Assembly: GCF_009834535.1 (NCBI RefSeq)
Contig: NC_045696.1
Span: forward strand, 9,302,001 to 9,366,000
Length of the DNA: 64,000 nucleotides
Direction: 5' to 3'
Source: Camelus ferus
Lineage: Eukaryota
Each line of letters begins with the position of its first letter. Position 1 is the first letter of the stretch. The notes under the pieces were generated by a model, which searched no databases, had not been told where the DNA came from, and saw only the letters and a program-made list of their open reading frames with translations. Of the stretch, positions 39,663 through 53,331 are shown in pieces. The position numbers and the translations under genes are program-made.

Positions 39663-42372
39663 AGGCAGCTGGTGACTGACTTGTCCCAGACTCCCCAAAC
39701 TGGAGGGCCACCCAGGACCTCCCAGGTGGAAGGCTCAGCCGTGGGACCCCGGGGGAATTGCTGAGGGTGGATGTACCTGCTGCCTGAGGCACAGCATGTA
39801 GGGGACGGTGAGCGGGAGCCCTCAGTGTGTCCCTTCCGGAAGCCGCAGGGATGTAGGGGGTGGCAGGCGACAGGGGGATGAACCGGCACTGGGTGTTCTC
39901 CCCAGGGAACAAGCCAGCAGGGCAGGCCCCGTGCACTTTTCCCTGAGCTACTTCCAGCGTCCGATAGATCCGATGGGTGGTGGCTCAGAGCTTGGCAAGG
40001 ACCACCAGCCGGGGCTCTGATTCTTACTGTACCACTACCAGCTGTATCACTGGGACAAGTTCCTTTCCCGTTTCTTCCCCAGAAGGTGGAGATTCACATA
40101 GAACACCTCCGCGGGCGTGGACAGAACTAGACGAGAGAGGACACGTGGCTTGCAGGAGGTGGTGGACCTGCCTAAGTGTCCACCAGGTGCCGACTGTGTG
40201 TCGGTCCCGAGGGCTGGTCCCAGGCTGCGACGCGGGACAGTGGGCTGAGACTGGCTTTCAGGCACGAACCCGCAGGGAAGCGCGGTCCACCTCCTTCCCC
40301 AGCATGGCACTCTGGAATCCACATTCACTGTTTGCTCCCCTTCCTGGGGAGTTGCCTTAACAGTGGTCCACAGTCATAAAAATAATGAATGTCCGTAAAG
40401 CTCTTAATGAGTCACTTTCTCAAAAACGGTCTTCTGTAGTGGACATAGCTACTCTGTGAAGTCCGTGTGATTGGGGCCTTCACTTTTCAAATTAGAAAAC
40501 TGGAACTCCTGGAGAGGAAGTGACTTGCTGAGATGTCTCAGCAGACAATGGAATGACAACAGGAATTGCCATTTTTTTGGAGGCTGGAGGACTGAGAGGG
40601 AAAATGGTGGGGGGAGCAGGGCCACTGTAGATGTCTCCAGGGTCCTGCAAGGGGGGATCGGGGCTCTCGGGACTGCAGCCAGCTGCTCTGCCTGGCTCCC
40701 AGCCCCAGTCCTAAGACCTGGAGTCTGCCCAGGTCTGTGGGCTCACGCTGGGGCATGCCCACTGCTGGAAACAGGCCACTGGCACAGGAACGTTGGTGGG
40801 AGCCGTGACCCTGCTTGGCATACGTCTGCTGGAAATGTACCAGAGGGCACAGTGTCTCTTCCTCAGAGGGCTGTGTGGGAGGGGTGGGAGATGCAGGGTG
40901 GGCAGCGTCATCTTGGCATCTGCCTGTCCTGGTGGTGCTGCTTTACAGCTATAGAGGAAGCCTTGAGTGCTCCGATGCTGTTGGAGTTGTCCTCAAAGCA
41001 CGTGATGACTGTTACCCGATGATCAGCAGGTCAGGGGAAAGCTCTTGTCTGAGGTCACAAAGCAAAGGGGTGGACCCAGCCTTCCCAACTCTCACCCTGT
41101 CCCCAACATGTCCCCCTGCCAACATCCTGTCCCAACTGAATGGCAAAGGAGAGTGGTGATGATTTTAAGAGAAGCAAACTGACTGCATGCTCTGCCTCTG
41201 GGACCCAGAGTTCCAACCCGGGGTCCTTGCCTTCTTTTATCATTATCTGCAACTTAGATATAATCATTCTGGTTCTCGGATTCCAGGGGAAGGGCTAGAT
41301 GTCTCTCAGCGGGAGATTAGGGGAGCTGTGTGACTGCATGAGTGAAAAAAAAATAAGGTGAAATATGGTCAGTTCAACCGTGGAGCCATGTTCTCAAGTC
41401 CATACACAGTTGGCGCTGGACCACAATCAGCAAACACAAAAGGATCACCTTCGTCTCGCTTCTCTGTTCCAAACAAAACTCAGTGCAGTCATCAGCTCAT
41501 GGTTCCAAGGTTCTTTTCACCTTTCAACTACAGACTGGGACTGCTACAGACTTGAAATCAGAGCTGACCCCCAAATCTTGAAAGGTCAGGGCCCCACAGC
41601 TTAGGGTGGGCAGGACCCCGAGGCACCAGCTCGACTTAGGGGCCGAATCCCACGTGACCCTCCCTGGGAAGTTTCCATGGACGCTCCTTCTCTCCTGCCT
41701 CTGAGGAAGAGCCTCTTACCCAGGGTCCTTGGAGACACTTTGGGGGGGGCTCATGGTGTTCGAGCGTGTGTGTATATTTTGGGGGAGAGCTTTTCAAGGG
41801 GGCTTAAACTTGAAGAGGGGTTAAGCCTCACTGTTCTGAAACCAGTTCATCCCCCAGAGACCACTACCCAACAGGGGAGTGCCAACTGTATTCTGATACC
41901 CGAGGATGGTGGTGCTCATGGCTCCGTGAGATCACGACATGCTACCTTCACTGGTGATGCGCGCACCAGCTGCAAACCTCCCTGTGCACTGCAGCATCCC
42001 AGCTCTGGGCCGGGGCAGGAGTTTTTGTTGATCCCTATTTTGCTGGTGAAGGTCCTGACATTAAGAGACTTTTGTGGCCTCTTCAAGATGGCTCAGCTTG
42101 TGGCCCGGTGACCAGATACTCAAAACCTGGCCTCTTTCTCCAGATGACACTGGGACCCATGAGCCTGGTGGGGGGAGGTTGCTGTGTGACTCGTCACTCT
42201 GCTGGTGGAGGCGGCAGAGGGACGTCCTTGACGAGATGCTCCAGCCGCCCTCCACCACCATGGCTGGACCAGTACCTGGCTTACCTCTGATGCTTCACTA
42301 TTTACTCCCTTTCTTGTCCTTCTCTTAGGCCAGATACTGGCATCAGTAGCCTGTTTAAAAGTTGTTCTTTTT

Positions 42373-43311
42373 GACTTTTTTCTTGAAATATAATTAATTG
42401 ACAATATTGTGTTCATTTCAGGTATACAGCAAAGTGATTCAGTTATACATACATATACATATATACATTTCAGCTTATTTTCCATTATAGGTTAATTACA
42501 AGATATTGAATCCTGTTCCCTGTGCTATACAGTAAATTTTTACTATTTTTCTATTTTATGTATAGTAGTGTGTATCCTTTAATCCCATACTCCTAATTTA
42601 TCCCTCCCCTGACTGCTTTCCCCTTTGGTAACCGTAAGTTTGCTTTCTATGTCTGTGAGTCTGTTTCTGTTTTGTATGTAGACTCATTTGTGTTTTTTTT
42701 TAGATTCCACATGTAAGTGATATCATATAATACGTGTTTTTATCTGTCTGATTTACTTCACTTAGTATGATATTCTCTAGGTCCATCTGTGTTGCCGCTA
42801 ATGTCAATATTTCATTCTTTTTTATAGCTGAGTAATATTACATTGTATATATACAGCACACCTTCTTAAACCAATCATCTATTGATGGACACTTAGGTTG
42901 TTTCCATGTTTGATTATTGTAAATAGTGCTATTGTGAATACAGGGGTGTGAGTATCTTTTCGAATTAGAGTTTTTGTGCTTTCCAGATACATGTCCAAGA
43001 GTGGGAATGCTGGATCCTATGGTAGCTTTATTTTTAGTTTTTTAAGGAACTTCTATACTGTTTTCCATAGTGGCTGCACCAATTTACATTCCCACTAACA
43101 GTGTAAGAGAGTTCCCTTTTCTCCATACCCTCTCCAGTATTTAGTATTTGTAGACTTTTGATGATGGCCATTCCGACAGGTGTTAGGTGATATCTTATTG
43201 TGAATTTGATTTGCATTTCTCTAATAATTAGCAATGTTGAGGATCTTTTCATGTGCTTGTTGGCCATCAACATGTCTTCTTTAGAGAAATGTCTATTTAA
43301 GTCTTCTTCCC
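42373..43311 (-). mobile_element. 5'-truncated L1 (ORF2 C-terminus plus full 3' UTR) with TSD
   Basis: ORF 43034-43387 contains [10 protein letters not shown]...[18 protein letters not shown] aaaagttgttcttttt (42357-42372) versus aaaagttgttcctttt (43312-43327). Confidence 0.92.
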
Positions 43312-43994
43312 AAAAGTTGTTCCTTTTCAGTTGGCATTCTGGACCCTTGGCCAGGAGGCAGGCAGTGCGCCCCTGGTAAAGGCTCAAGTGCCTGCCATCC
43401 TCCCCCTGTTCCTGAGCCCCGCCACATCAGAGCCCCTTCTATGTGAACCGTGATAACAGAAGTAATGAGTTTTCCCAAAGAGGGAAAAGGTCTCTAACAT
43501 GAAGGACAATTAGACAAGCAGGACCGTAAAAGGTCTCCATCTCTGGATGGCTCCAAAACTAATGCACTTGAAGGGAGCAGGATGGACAAAGGTGGGTTAC
43601 CAGGACAATGTAGGGGGGAAAGACAGAAGGAAAGTGGGGAGAAGCAGAGGTTTGAGAAGGCTCATTTTTTTGAAAGAATGGGAGAGTCTGCCAAGTCTGG
43701 AGGTACCTGCCTCCCAGACCCTGGACACAGGGGGTGCCTTCCTCTGGAAGCAAGTGTATTGCTGACCTTGCTCTTCATGACCTGCACACCTACAGCCAAA
43801 GTGTTGCTGATGGAATTTGAAAGGCTTCCACTACAAGAAGCTAAGTGATGCATGATAGGTGAGGCTATTTCAGGGACAAGGTTGAATTGGACCTTTTTAA
43901 GGAATGGAATCTAGGGGTTGTTGGACTGGGAAACCCTACATAGGTAGAGACAATATTTTAATCTTCTCTGTGTTCTCAGGGCCTATCCCTGATA

Positions 43995-44106
43995 AGTGGG
44001 TGGATGGATAGATAGATAGATGGTGGATGAATGGATTAGTAGAGGGGTCAGTGGACTAATGGATGAATGGATGAATGGATGGATTGGTATGTGGATGGAT
44101 GGATGG
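43995..44106. repeat. (TGGA)n/(TAGA)n simple repeat
   Basis: Read directly from the sequence. Confidence 0.8.
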
Positions 44107-44804
44107 TTTGAAGTCAAGTGTGAATTCACTCCTGTTGTACCCTAGACCTTTTTCCTCACCTGTTAAGTGAAGTGGGTCAATTTAACGATCTCTAAGTCCT
44201 CTCCATGCTCTCTCATTCCATATTTTTATGGTCTCATGTCTCTGAGATGCCCTGGATCCCTGGGCTGATTGGTGGGGCAAAAGGAATAAGGATTGGAGGC
44301 TCCATCACCAATACTGGCTCCAAGGAACTAAAGTTCCTAGAAGAATCTGATCAAATAGATGAAGGGAATACTGCCTACTGAGACCATAAGGAGACTGGAG
44401 GCCCCTCTGTGCATATACCCAGAGGTGTTCCCATCCCCTCTAACCCTCCCGGTGGAGAAAGTCACTGGCTTTGGAGAACACAGCACTTGCAGAGATGGTA
44501 ACACAGTTTCCTTATCCTCAGGTAGGAAAAAGACACATTTTGAAATGCCTAGGCTTGATCAACAAGGGAAGATCTTGAGACTTTTGTCTGCATTAGAAAC
44601 AGCTCCCCCAAAGTGCTGATGCTTGAAAAAGTCCCACGATTCACAGTATCAGAGGTACTTACAGGAATCTTCACCAAGTTGAGATAAAATAATTTTAAAA
44701 TAAGTAACATATATCACTATCCCTTTGAATGATTTCTAGATTAGAAATGCTTAAGCATGGCCTTTGGGAGATGCATTTAGCAAAGAGGAGAGGGAAATGA
44801 GTGC

Positions 44805-45235
44805 TGTGTTAGTTTGAGGTCTCCAAGAAGCAGACACTAAGATGGGATTAGACACATAAGAGATTCGGCAGGTGGGGGGGGGGTGGAGAGTACACCTGTA
44901 GAGGAGAAGGGGAAGGAGCCAGAATGAGTGGGAGAGCCATCAGACCACGCGCAGGTCTTACTCTGTGAAGGGGGAGGGCAGGAAGGACGCTGTGGAGGTA
45001 ATGTCTCTCCCTCCAGCGCAGTTCTAAGAAAGCTCCAGCCAGACCCAGGGAAATCCTGAAACCAAAGCTGTCTGTCAGAGGAACCCACATCCCTCAGGAC
45101 CCACCTATCTTGGTGTCACGGTCACACTTGATTGCTGCCCAGGGAGTGTGACTCCGTGAAGACTAACTGGTGGACCCCCAAGGGCAGCCCTGAGTCACCA
45201 TCAGCTATGAGGGATGTACTTTTACAGCTACCACC
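44805..45235 (-). mobile_element. LTR16-like ERVL LTR
   Basis: tgtgttagtttgaggtctccaagaagcagacactaagatgggatt...gggagagccatcagaccacg; orientation inferred from the recalled consensus. Confidence 0.6.
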
Positions 45236-45774
45236 TTGCCTTCTAGGGGGTCGGGCACTTTCTAAATGGCTCCTTCAATCTTTAGCCATTGCTGTTGGAG
45301 AGTGATATTGTCAACCCATTTTGCAGATAAAGACACTAATTTCAGAAAGGTTAAAGTACTCCTGGACGGTCAATGACTAAGCCAGCACCTAACCCTCTGT
45401 AATCAGCTCCCAAGGCCGCACTGAGAACCAGATACTGAGGTTACCTTTGGGAGGATGGCAGAGTGAGGGTGGGGTATTGGATTTGGGGGAGAAGGAGAGG
45501 AAATGATGGGGAATGGGGGTTAGAGAACTTAGGTGACAGCAGACGCAGGGAGCAGAGGTATCCACACCTCACAGTCATGTGGGATAAAGCCTCTAACTGG
45601 CTCCCTATTCAACACTTACACATTTAGCATCCTGAGAAACGTGGCAGGAAGTATTCCATGTGGCTTATGTGGTGGGAAGGAAGGCAGGCTCCACCAGGGA
45701 GTGCAGCCTCCTGAGCCTTTTACTTGGGCTGAATTTATTTTCCTGCATTTGAAAGGAGAGATGGAGGCAAACTA

Positions 45775-45925
45775 CCCTTGCAGCTGTCCCTCCAGGTGAT
45801 GGGATGTCAATGCCCCTTCAGCTGATCTTCCAGGTGACCTGATGTAACTGTCCCTTCAGCTACCTCTCCAAGTGATGAGATGTCACTGCCCCTTCAGCTG
45901 TCCCTCCAGGTGATGGGATGTAAAC
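45775..45925. repeat. 38-bp minisatellite, about 4 copies
   Basis: Units start at 45781, 45819, 45857 and 45895; consensus cagctgtccctccaggtgatgggatgtcactgcccctt. Confidence 0.9.
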
Positions 45926-46799
45926 ATGGCTGCCGAGCAGGACCTGCACACTCTCCAGCCCCCGCTGGCTTGTGCTCAGGAAGGCAGAGAACAGCTCTGC
46001 ACATCAAGGAGGAAATGGGAAAGACAGTAGGAAGTAAATGTCATCTGCTTCCTCCACCCAAGCAGAGAGGTGTTCACTCAGAGGCCATGAACTGTGAAAG
46101 CCACAAGTTCTCAGTGGACTTTTTGGCTCCCAATTGAGGAGAAATAAGATTCTTCAGAGACTGAAACAACTTGAAAATCACTTTCCCCAGATACATTTAA
46201 AGTATTTTTAAGGAAAAATCAAAGGGTATGAGTGCTGTGATTCTTGCCAGTGACCGTCATGTGGCCCCCAAGGATTAAACCTGGGGCCCCTGGCCACCTT
46301 CCCTCACTCTCCTAGGATGGACAAGAGCCAAGAAGGGGCCCTTTCAACAGAGCTCTGCTCTGCGTCCCACACAGCTTCCATCTCCATAATGAGTGTTCTC
46401 ATCATGCCTTTAAATAAACTCCTGGAGCCCTGTCTTGGCACTCAGGAGAGCAGCTGACTTGCAGGGAGCAATCAGTAGTGAGAGAGCAGTGATGGGATGG
46501 GATGGACCTCACAGCTGAGCATGTGAGCAGTACACTTAGACTGGAAATGGAAGAATTCTATACAGAAAATACCAAATCACTTTGTAATGAAGACAGTCTC
46601 ATATGACCAGTGGACCACGGAAGCAGAGACCTCACACAAGGGGCTCTTTCCAGGTGGGGGAAAGGTTTGCAGGCTTGGGCAAGATGCTACTCTGCGGGAA
46701 CCTCACGGGAGATGACAAATAGGCAACAGGGAGGTACCAAGTGCATTTTTATAATTTCTTATAAATATGAATAGACACTCAAATGAAAATTTCACTGAG

Positions 46800-47690
46800 A
46801 ATGAGAACTTATGGAAGTTTGGTGACACATGATGGTGAGGCCTATGGGGCTCTCCTGTGTTGCCAGGGAGAGTATAAATCAGTACAATCCCTACACAGGG
46901 CAACTGGGCGATGGCTAACAAAAGTATAAATCCACGTGCCCTCTAGCCCAGCCACGTATCTTCTGAGAATTTGTGCTTCGGAGACACTTTGGAGACGACA
47001 ATGTGTACAAGATGATTCATTGCAGCTTCGTAGGTGATGGCAAACAATTGGAAATCAATCCAAAAGTCCATCAGGAACAGATTAGTTAAATAAAGCATGG
47101 AACCTCTGAACAACAAACAACGATGCAGCTTTTAAAAGGAACAAGGGCCCTTTGGGGACTGATATGTACAGAGTTCCAGGACGTTTTGTTAAGTGACTGA
47201 AAAACAAGGTACAGAATGTTGCACAGAGTATGTTACCTTTTGTATGGTAAGAGGAGGGTACAATCTTGGCCTGTGTAGGGATACACGTACTCTAGAAGAA
47301 TACCTAAGAACCTACAAAGATGTAGAAGAAGGTCAGGAGAGATGGGGTCTCCTGGAGCCTGAGATACAAGAAAGGAAGACATTTTAGACTTTTATATTTT
47401 GAATGTGAATGTACAGCATGTTGAAAATTTTAAATTAACAAACTCATTTGTCTTATATGAAAATATCCAAAATGGACAAATTCCTAGAAATAAAAAGTAG
47501 GCTAGTGGTTTCCAGGGGCTGGGAGGAGGGAGAGACAGATATGACTGTTCAGTGGGTACCGAGTCTCCTTTGGGGGTGATGAAAATGTTCTAGAATAGAT
47601 CATGGTGATGGTTGCACAACATTGTGAATGTACTAAACGTCATGGTAAATTTTATGTTATGTCTGTTTTACCACAATTTTTTTTTAAAAA
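46800..47690 (+). mobile_element. Ancient L1ME and L1MB/MC fragments
   Basis: gggagagtataaatcagtacaa...caattggaaa...; atatccaaaatggacaaattc...tgggggtgatgaaaatgttctagaatagatcatggtgatggttgcacaacattgtgaatgtactaa. Confidence 0.75.
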
Positions 47691-50075
47691 AACCTCTCTA
47701 TCACAACAGCTACCTTTCTAGTTTCACAAGCCTTCATTTGGGGATCATTTTTTATCATTTTTTAATTCAAGAAATATTTCCAAAGTTCCACTCATTCTAG
47801 AAAGCTGGAGTGCAATATTTACTTCTGCTCCAGGTATAAAGCTTTTTCATGAACACTTAGGAGACATAGCTCACAAGAACCCCCTGTTTCATTAATTCAT
47901 CAAGAGCTAAAATCCAGTGAGTGAAGAGCAGCAGTGGATGAAAGGAAAGTCAGGGGGTTAGTTAGAAGGTTACCAGGCACGGGATAAAGTAGGGATGTAA
48001 AGGTCTACGTGCAACCCGGGGCCCTAAACCCTCAGCTGCAGGGGCTGCTGGGTGAAGCAAAGGAAAATGTGACATCCCTAGAGTGGAGAAGTGCCTAGGT
48101 AACCAAACACACAGGCCCGCAGACAAGACATCTTTATTTTCAGGGATGCCGCCACCCATGCCATCCATCTGTCAGAGTGCTGAGCGGGTCCAAGTCTGTG
48201 TCAGCATTCCTGGCTCTCCAAAAAGCTCCATGTGCAAGCTGGTGGTAAACTGACTCCTTACCAGATCACCTGGCCAGACAGATGATTATGATGAACCAAA
48301 AAGACTGACAACTCCGGAACAGAATCAGCCCATTTGAGCTGGGATACGGGAGTTGGATCAGGGGATCCTGTGGCTGCACTGACATCCATGACCTACTAGG
48401 AAACCTAATTTCTGGATATGGTTGGCAAGGGAAAGGGGAGATCGTTTGTAGAGCAGAATTTCCCCACCTATTATCTCATTTATTCTTTACAACCAACTTA
48501 TGAGGAAGGGATTCTTTTCGTGTTATTGAAGAGGCAACCAGTACTCTAAGAGTTTAAAAGTGGCTTCCCCAAGTTTCTCCACCTGTCAAAACTCAATTCA
48601 GATCATAGCTTGAAACCCTGACCTCTTTCCAACATGCAGTATCCTCTCCCACCAGGATCTGAGCGGTGTAAGGCACAGGTGTGTGTGATGCAAATTTCAC
48701 AACTTGTTGCAGGATGTTGAAGATATCATGTATCCTCTCTCTGGCTTAGTTTGCCCACTTGTAAGATGAAGACACTAATGCTTACTTTGTGGGACAATCG
48801 TGTGTATGAGAAAAAATAATGAATTTAAAACAGCAGCACAATGCCTGAGCCTGTACGACATTAATGTTAACTAGTGTTATTTTCAAAAATAAGAGTAGCT
48901 GTAACTGTGATAAATAAATTCGGTTGATAACAAAATAATTATTTCTGATTAATAAGAAAATTCTGACAACTAGATTTATCCTATAGATCACAAATGGATA
49001 ATTATGTTTCAAAAATTAAAGCACAATAAATGCCCTGAAGCTGGATACTCAACTAGATACTTTTATTGGACAATCCAGGTCTTTGGAGATCTAGTGGGGA
49101 TCATTATGAATAGCAATTTTATTTTCATGCAGATATGCAGATATACAGAGTGATCCAGGTAATAGAAATGGATTATAGAGAATTTACAGTTGCAATTTGA
49201 AAATGCAAATGATTGAAGAAGTCAATCCCATTTTAATCCCACTTCACACACAGAAGAAAAGACAAGCCTTGATGAGGCATGAATTCATGATTCAACCTGT
49301 TGTGTCCATTTGCTGTTCGCTGGATGCTTTTCCAAGTTCAGAATCAGCCCAAGGCTCTTTGGAAAAAAAAAAAAAAAAAAAAGCCCAGGAAGTCTGCTCA
49401 AGGGACATGTGAGGCTGCACAGTTTCCCAATCGCCTGAATCATGCCAGATTGCTTGAGGCTTGTACTGTGGTGAAGTCTGAAAATATTTCATCTTGTCCT
49501 CCTGGACAGAAGGTTTCAGAGTTCATCACTGAGCAATGGACCTACAGCCAACCATCCATTTCCCTCTGTCGTTGAGACCAGCACCTTAGGGTCCTCAAGG
49601 AATGGAGAAATTCAATCTTGTAACTTCCCAGCACAAGCTGTTTGCCCTAACCTGACCAGTCTCAGGTCACTATTGCTGTTTCTAGAGTTCACCAAGCCCA
49701 GTTCCACCATCTGACTGCTAATTCTGTCTCCCTTTCAACACACCCAACCTCACCTTTGCAGCCCAAATTGTTCCCAAACTTATATTGCCCTTGATGTCTG
49801 TAACATTCAAGGATTTAATCGTATTCTGCCTTACATCTCAATATAAATGTTCCTTTTATCTATGCCATGTTCCCATCTGCTACATGAAGGAAGATAGGTC
49901 TATGTCTTTCTGATTCACATGGCACCAAATGTGGGAATGGACACTCAAGAATGAAGGTATAAATGAATAAAAGAAAGTGTGATAGAAATCACTGCTCATC
50001 ACTCAACTTGTCCACAAATAACGAAAAATATTAAATTGACCCCAAAAATGTTTGAGTTACATACCATACATAGTA

Positions 50076-50249
50076 CAGTGCTTCTCAAACTTGAGCAAGC
50101 ATCACAATTCCCTAAGGAGCTTGCTAAAATACAGACTCCAGAACTTCTGACTCAGTAGGACCAGGGTGGGACCCAAGAATGTGTGTTCCCAGCAAGTTCC
50201 CAGTGATGCTGATGCTACTGATCTGAAGCACCACAGTTGAGAAACACTG
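50076..50249 (+). mobile_element. MER5A (hAT-Charlie MITE)
   Basis: Terminal inverted repeats cagtgcttctcaa / ttgagaaacactg; internal ttctgactcagtagg...caagttcccagtgatgctgatgct. Confidence 0.88.
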
Positions 50250-52780
50250 CCTTGGTTCATGGTCCTCAGCTACGAATCAAGAGGTTTGGATACTGGTCCC
50301 AGCTCTGCTGTAGGTAGCCAAGGGACTCTGGGAATCCTCAGTTGAAATGTTCCTTGTATGAGTGCCAGTATTACTTTTAGCTCTAACGTTATCTGAGTAC
50401 AAAAAGTATAAAGTACCTTTCCTTGTGTCATCTACAGTGCTATAATCCTCACGAAATTTTAGTCAGTAAAGGCACTAGTGAAAGCAATGATTGCTTATCA
50501 AATCTTGGCCCCACAAGAGTTCAACTCCAAGTGATGCTGGGTTCCACTGAAAGGCTAAAAGAGGAGGAAACTAAAACTAGGCAGGGCAGAGACTTATGAA
50601 CCTGACAGAGGCATGAGCAAGCTCCGAAGCCAAACCAGATTCTTTCATGGCATTAGAGCCTGATCTGCAATTTGGTTGCTCTCTGTGGGCTCCAGGCCCT
50701 GGAGGATGCTGGGCTTTTCGTAGGAAGCAGGAGTGGCAAACTCCACAGAACCCAAAGTTGGCTCAATGGCCAATGCTCTGAGAGAGAATGATCAGATGTC
50801 ATAGCCAACTGGCTCTTCTCTGTCTTTAGGATGGATCAAAACGTTTCCAGATAGGTGGTATCTATTTGGATTTAGGCATCACCAATTAGGGGGTCTCTCT
50901 CAAAACTGGGATTTCCACCCGTGACTGAGTGTGTGAAAAGGTATCAGTCCTTGGGTGTCTTCAAAGGGGAAGAATTACCAATGGTTTCATATCCTCAAAG
51001 GGAAGGGCAAGTATGGAATAGTGACCTACAGAGATGTAGTTCAAATGATGAAAAGCTGTGTTCCCTGTGGCTATCTTCAGGAGATGATGGTGTAAAAATT
51101 TAGAAAACTTTGACATGATTGACACTGACACTTGATGCATTTCATGCATGATCTATTTGTCACGTTTGTGTTGAGTCAGAATTTCCAGAGTTTCAGCGAC
51201 TGCCTGTCCTCCAACCCTGCCAGTCTCTGAGACTAAGCCTCAGCCATTCTTGGGACACTGGCCATTGAAGAGCCAGCACTATTGCTTCATAAGTAAAGTC
51301 AACATCCTTCAGGCCTGGAGCTCCTGACACACACTTTTTGAAAAGCTCATCTTTGCAAAACCAGCCCTGGGAGGTGAATGCAGTGTCTCTTCTCAACCAT
51401 AAGTGACCAAGTTAAAAGTAAGGTGGTTGATATTCTGTCTTTAACATTCTCTCTTAGACACTGTTCATCTCGCCTCTGGCTCTTTAAAAGATTTCTTGGT
51501 TAAAGTAATTTTAAAAGTTAGTGGTTAACCAGATAGCTATCAACGTGATGAACGTCTGTGCAGCACCTTGCAGTTTTCAAACTGCTGTCCTATGACATAT
51601 CTCATGTGATCCCAGCTGCTTTGTGGTGACTGACTTCTCTAAGGACGTGTGGTCGTGCTGAATGGTGGCTCACAATCTAGATGACCAAATGGAAACATGT
51701 ATAAGTGGGAAGGCAGAAAAATGGTTGATGCCTTGCAAGGCTCTTCACATACCTTCTCAGCTAAAGGAAGTGAATCAGACTGGACGTAGGTGCCCTGGGC
51801 TTGGCGAGGGCTTCAGAGTGACCTGAACCCAGAGGGGAACTTTTCGCAGGATCCCAGGTCAAGAGGTCTCCTTAAGGAGACTCTTCAGGGACAAAGAGTG
51901 CCTGGAACAGAGCTAGGCAGTTCACATTTATAGTGTTTTGGAGTCATGTAGCTCTCAACACTGCCTTTTAGACAAAGTCAAAATGATTTTATTTCTATTT
52001 CCTCTTATAGTCTGAAAAGGACACGTGTGCTCCTTTTTTTGGCCTTGGGGAGGAAAAGTGGCTTGTTCAAGGCCTCTCCACCAGTGGAGTGTCTTGATTT
52101 CCATCCCAGCTCCCTGCCTGAGGCTGCTCTGCCTCTTGAGGCCTCACCCAATGACCAGGAAGAAAGCATATCAATCCCTGCTTTGACCTCGCTTTTCCTG
52201 TTTTTGTGCATTTTCCTCTACTTTCTCATAACAGTTCCAGGATCTGGGAAGGAAAGGTCTTTCCCAGATAAGCAAACTGTGACTCAGCAAAATTAAATGA
52301 CTTGCCTAAGTCCAAACAGCTCTTTGTCTAGTTATCTTAAGACCAGTTAAAGCAGGTAGAGGGACCGGTGTGGAAAGAAACGGCAGGCTGAGGATATGCT
52401 GATGGGGAGTGGAAGAGGTAGGTGTGGGAAGGGTCTTCAAGAAATATCTACCACTATTTGGGAGTCTCAGTACCCTTACTGGTCACACTTATACTCCTCA
52501 CCCAGGTGAACTGAGTCACTTCTGAAAGCATTTTAAAAATGGGGAAATGTTAATTTGGCTTAAAAAAAAAAACGGGGAAATGCTATGTCCCTGAATAATC
52601 TTTTTATTATCTTAAAAGTCCATTGAAAACATTAAATACTAGGGCCTACTGCTTGTGATGGTTAATTGTCCAAATTAACCCATATCTTCCTGCGTTGACC
52701 CCTGGGGCAACTTAAGATCATCCTGCCGGAGGAGACCGACACTGACCGCGACACTGACGTTCATCTCTACGGGGTTAAGA

Positions 52781-53331
52781 TGTTGCAGCAAAGTGTGTTA
52801 CAGCTCAGTTGTGACAGCAACCTGGATCCTGACTAGAGACACTCGGAGGGTTGGAGAACTCAGGTTTATTATGACAGCAGGCCCAGAGGAACTAACACTC
52901 CAAGCTCTGGACCCTGTTTGTAGGTTTACACAGGCTTTTATAGGCTTCCAGGCTACACTTTGCAATATCATATGCAAGTAAGGTTTAACAAAACTGACTA
53001 ATCAGGAATGAGCTTTTTAGAAATGGACCAATCAGATGTGATAGAAATGGACCAATCAGAAGTGATAGAAATGAACCAATCAGAAGTGATAGAAATAGAC
53101 CAATCGGTAGTGGGCTTTATGCAAATGAAGTGTTACAAATGGACCAATCAGGAGTTAGCTCAGGGAAACAATAGAATCTTAGGGGTAAGTTCCGCTTTCC
53201 TAGAAGCAAGCCATTTCTAGAGGCAAAAAGTGAGATAATGCCGCTGGGCCAGGGAACCAGATGGTGCTGGCAGGAAAGTAGTGGCCCTGCCTGGGGGTCC
53301 TGCCCTCTTTTTCATGGGGCTTCCCACCTCA
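52781..53331 (-). mobile_element. ERV1-class solo LTR (551 bp) with 4-bp TSD AAGA
   Basis: TG...CA ends; AAGA at 52777-52780 and 53332-53335. Minus-strand TATAAAA (52936-52942) lies upstream of AATAAA (52865-52870); the U3 region carries 24-bp tandem CCAAT repeats. Confidence 0.88.

Noticed and set aside
45775..45925. CRISPR-like periodicity
   Set aside because: Head-to-tail minisatellite with no unique spacers and no cas genes, in mammalian DNA.
53008..53220. ORF with repeated EMDQSEVI units
   Set aside because: Artefact of the 24-bp LTR repeat being a multiple of three.
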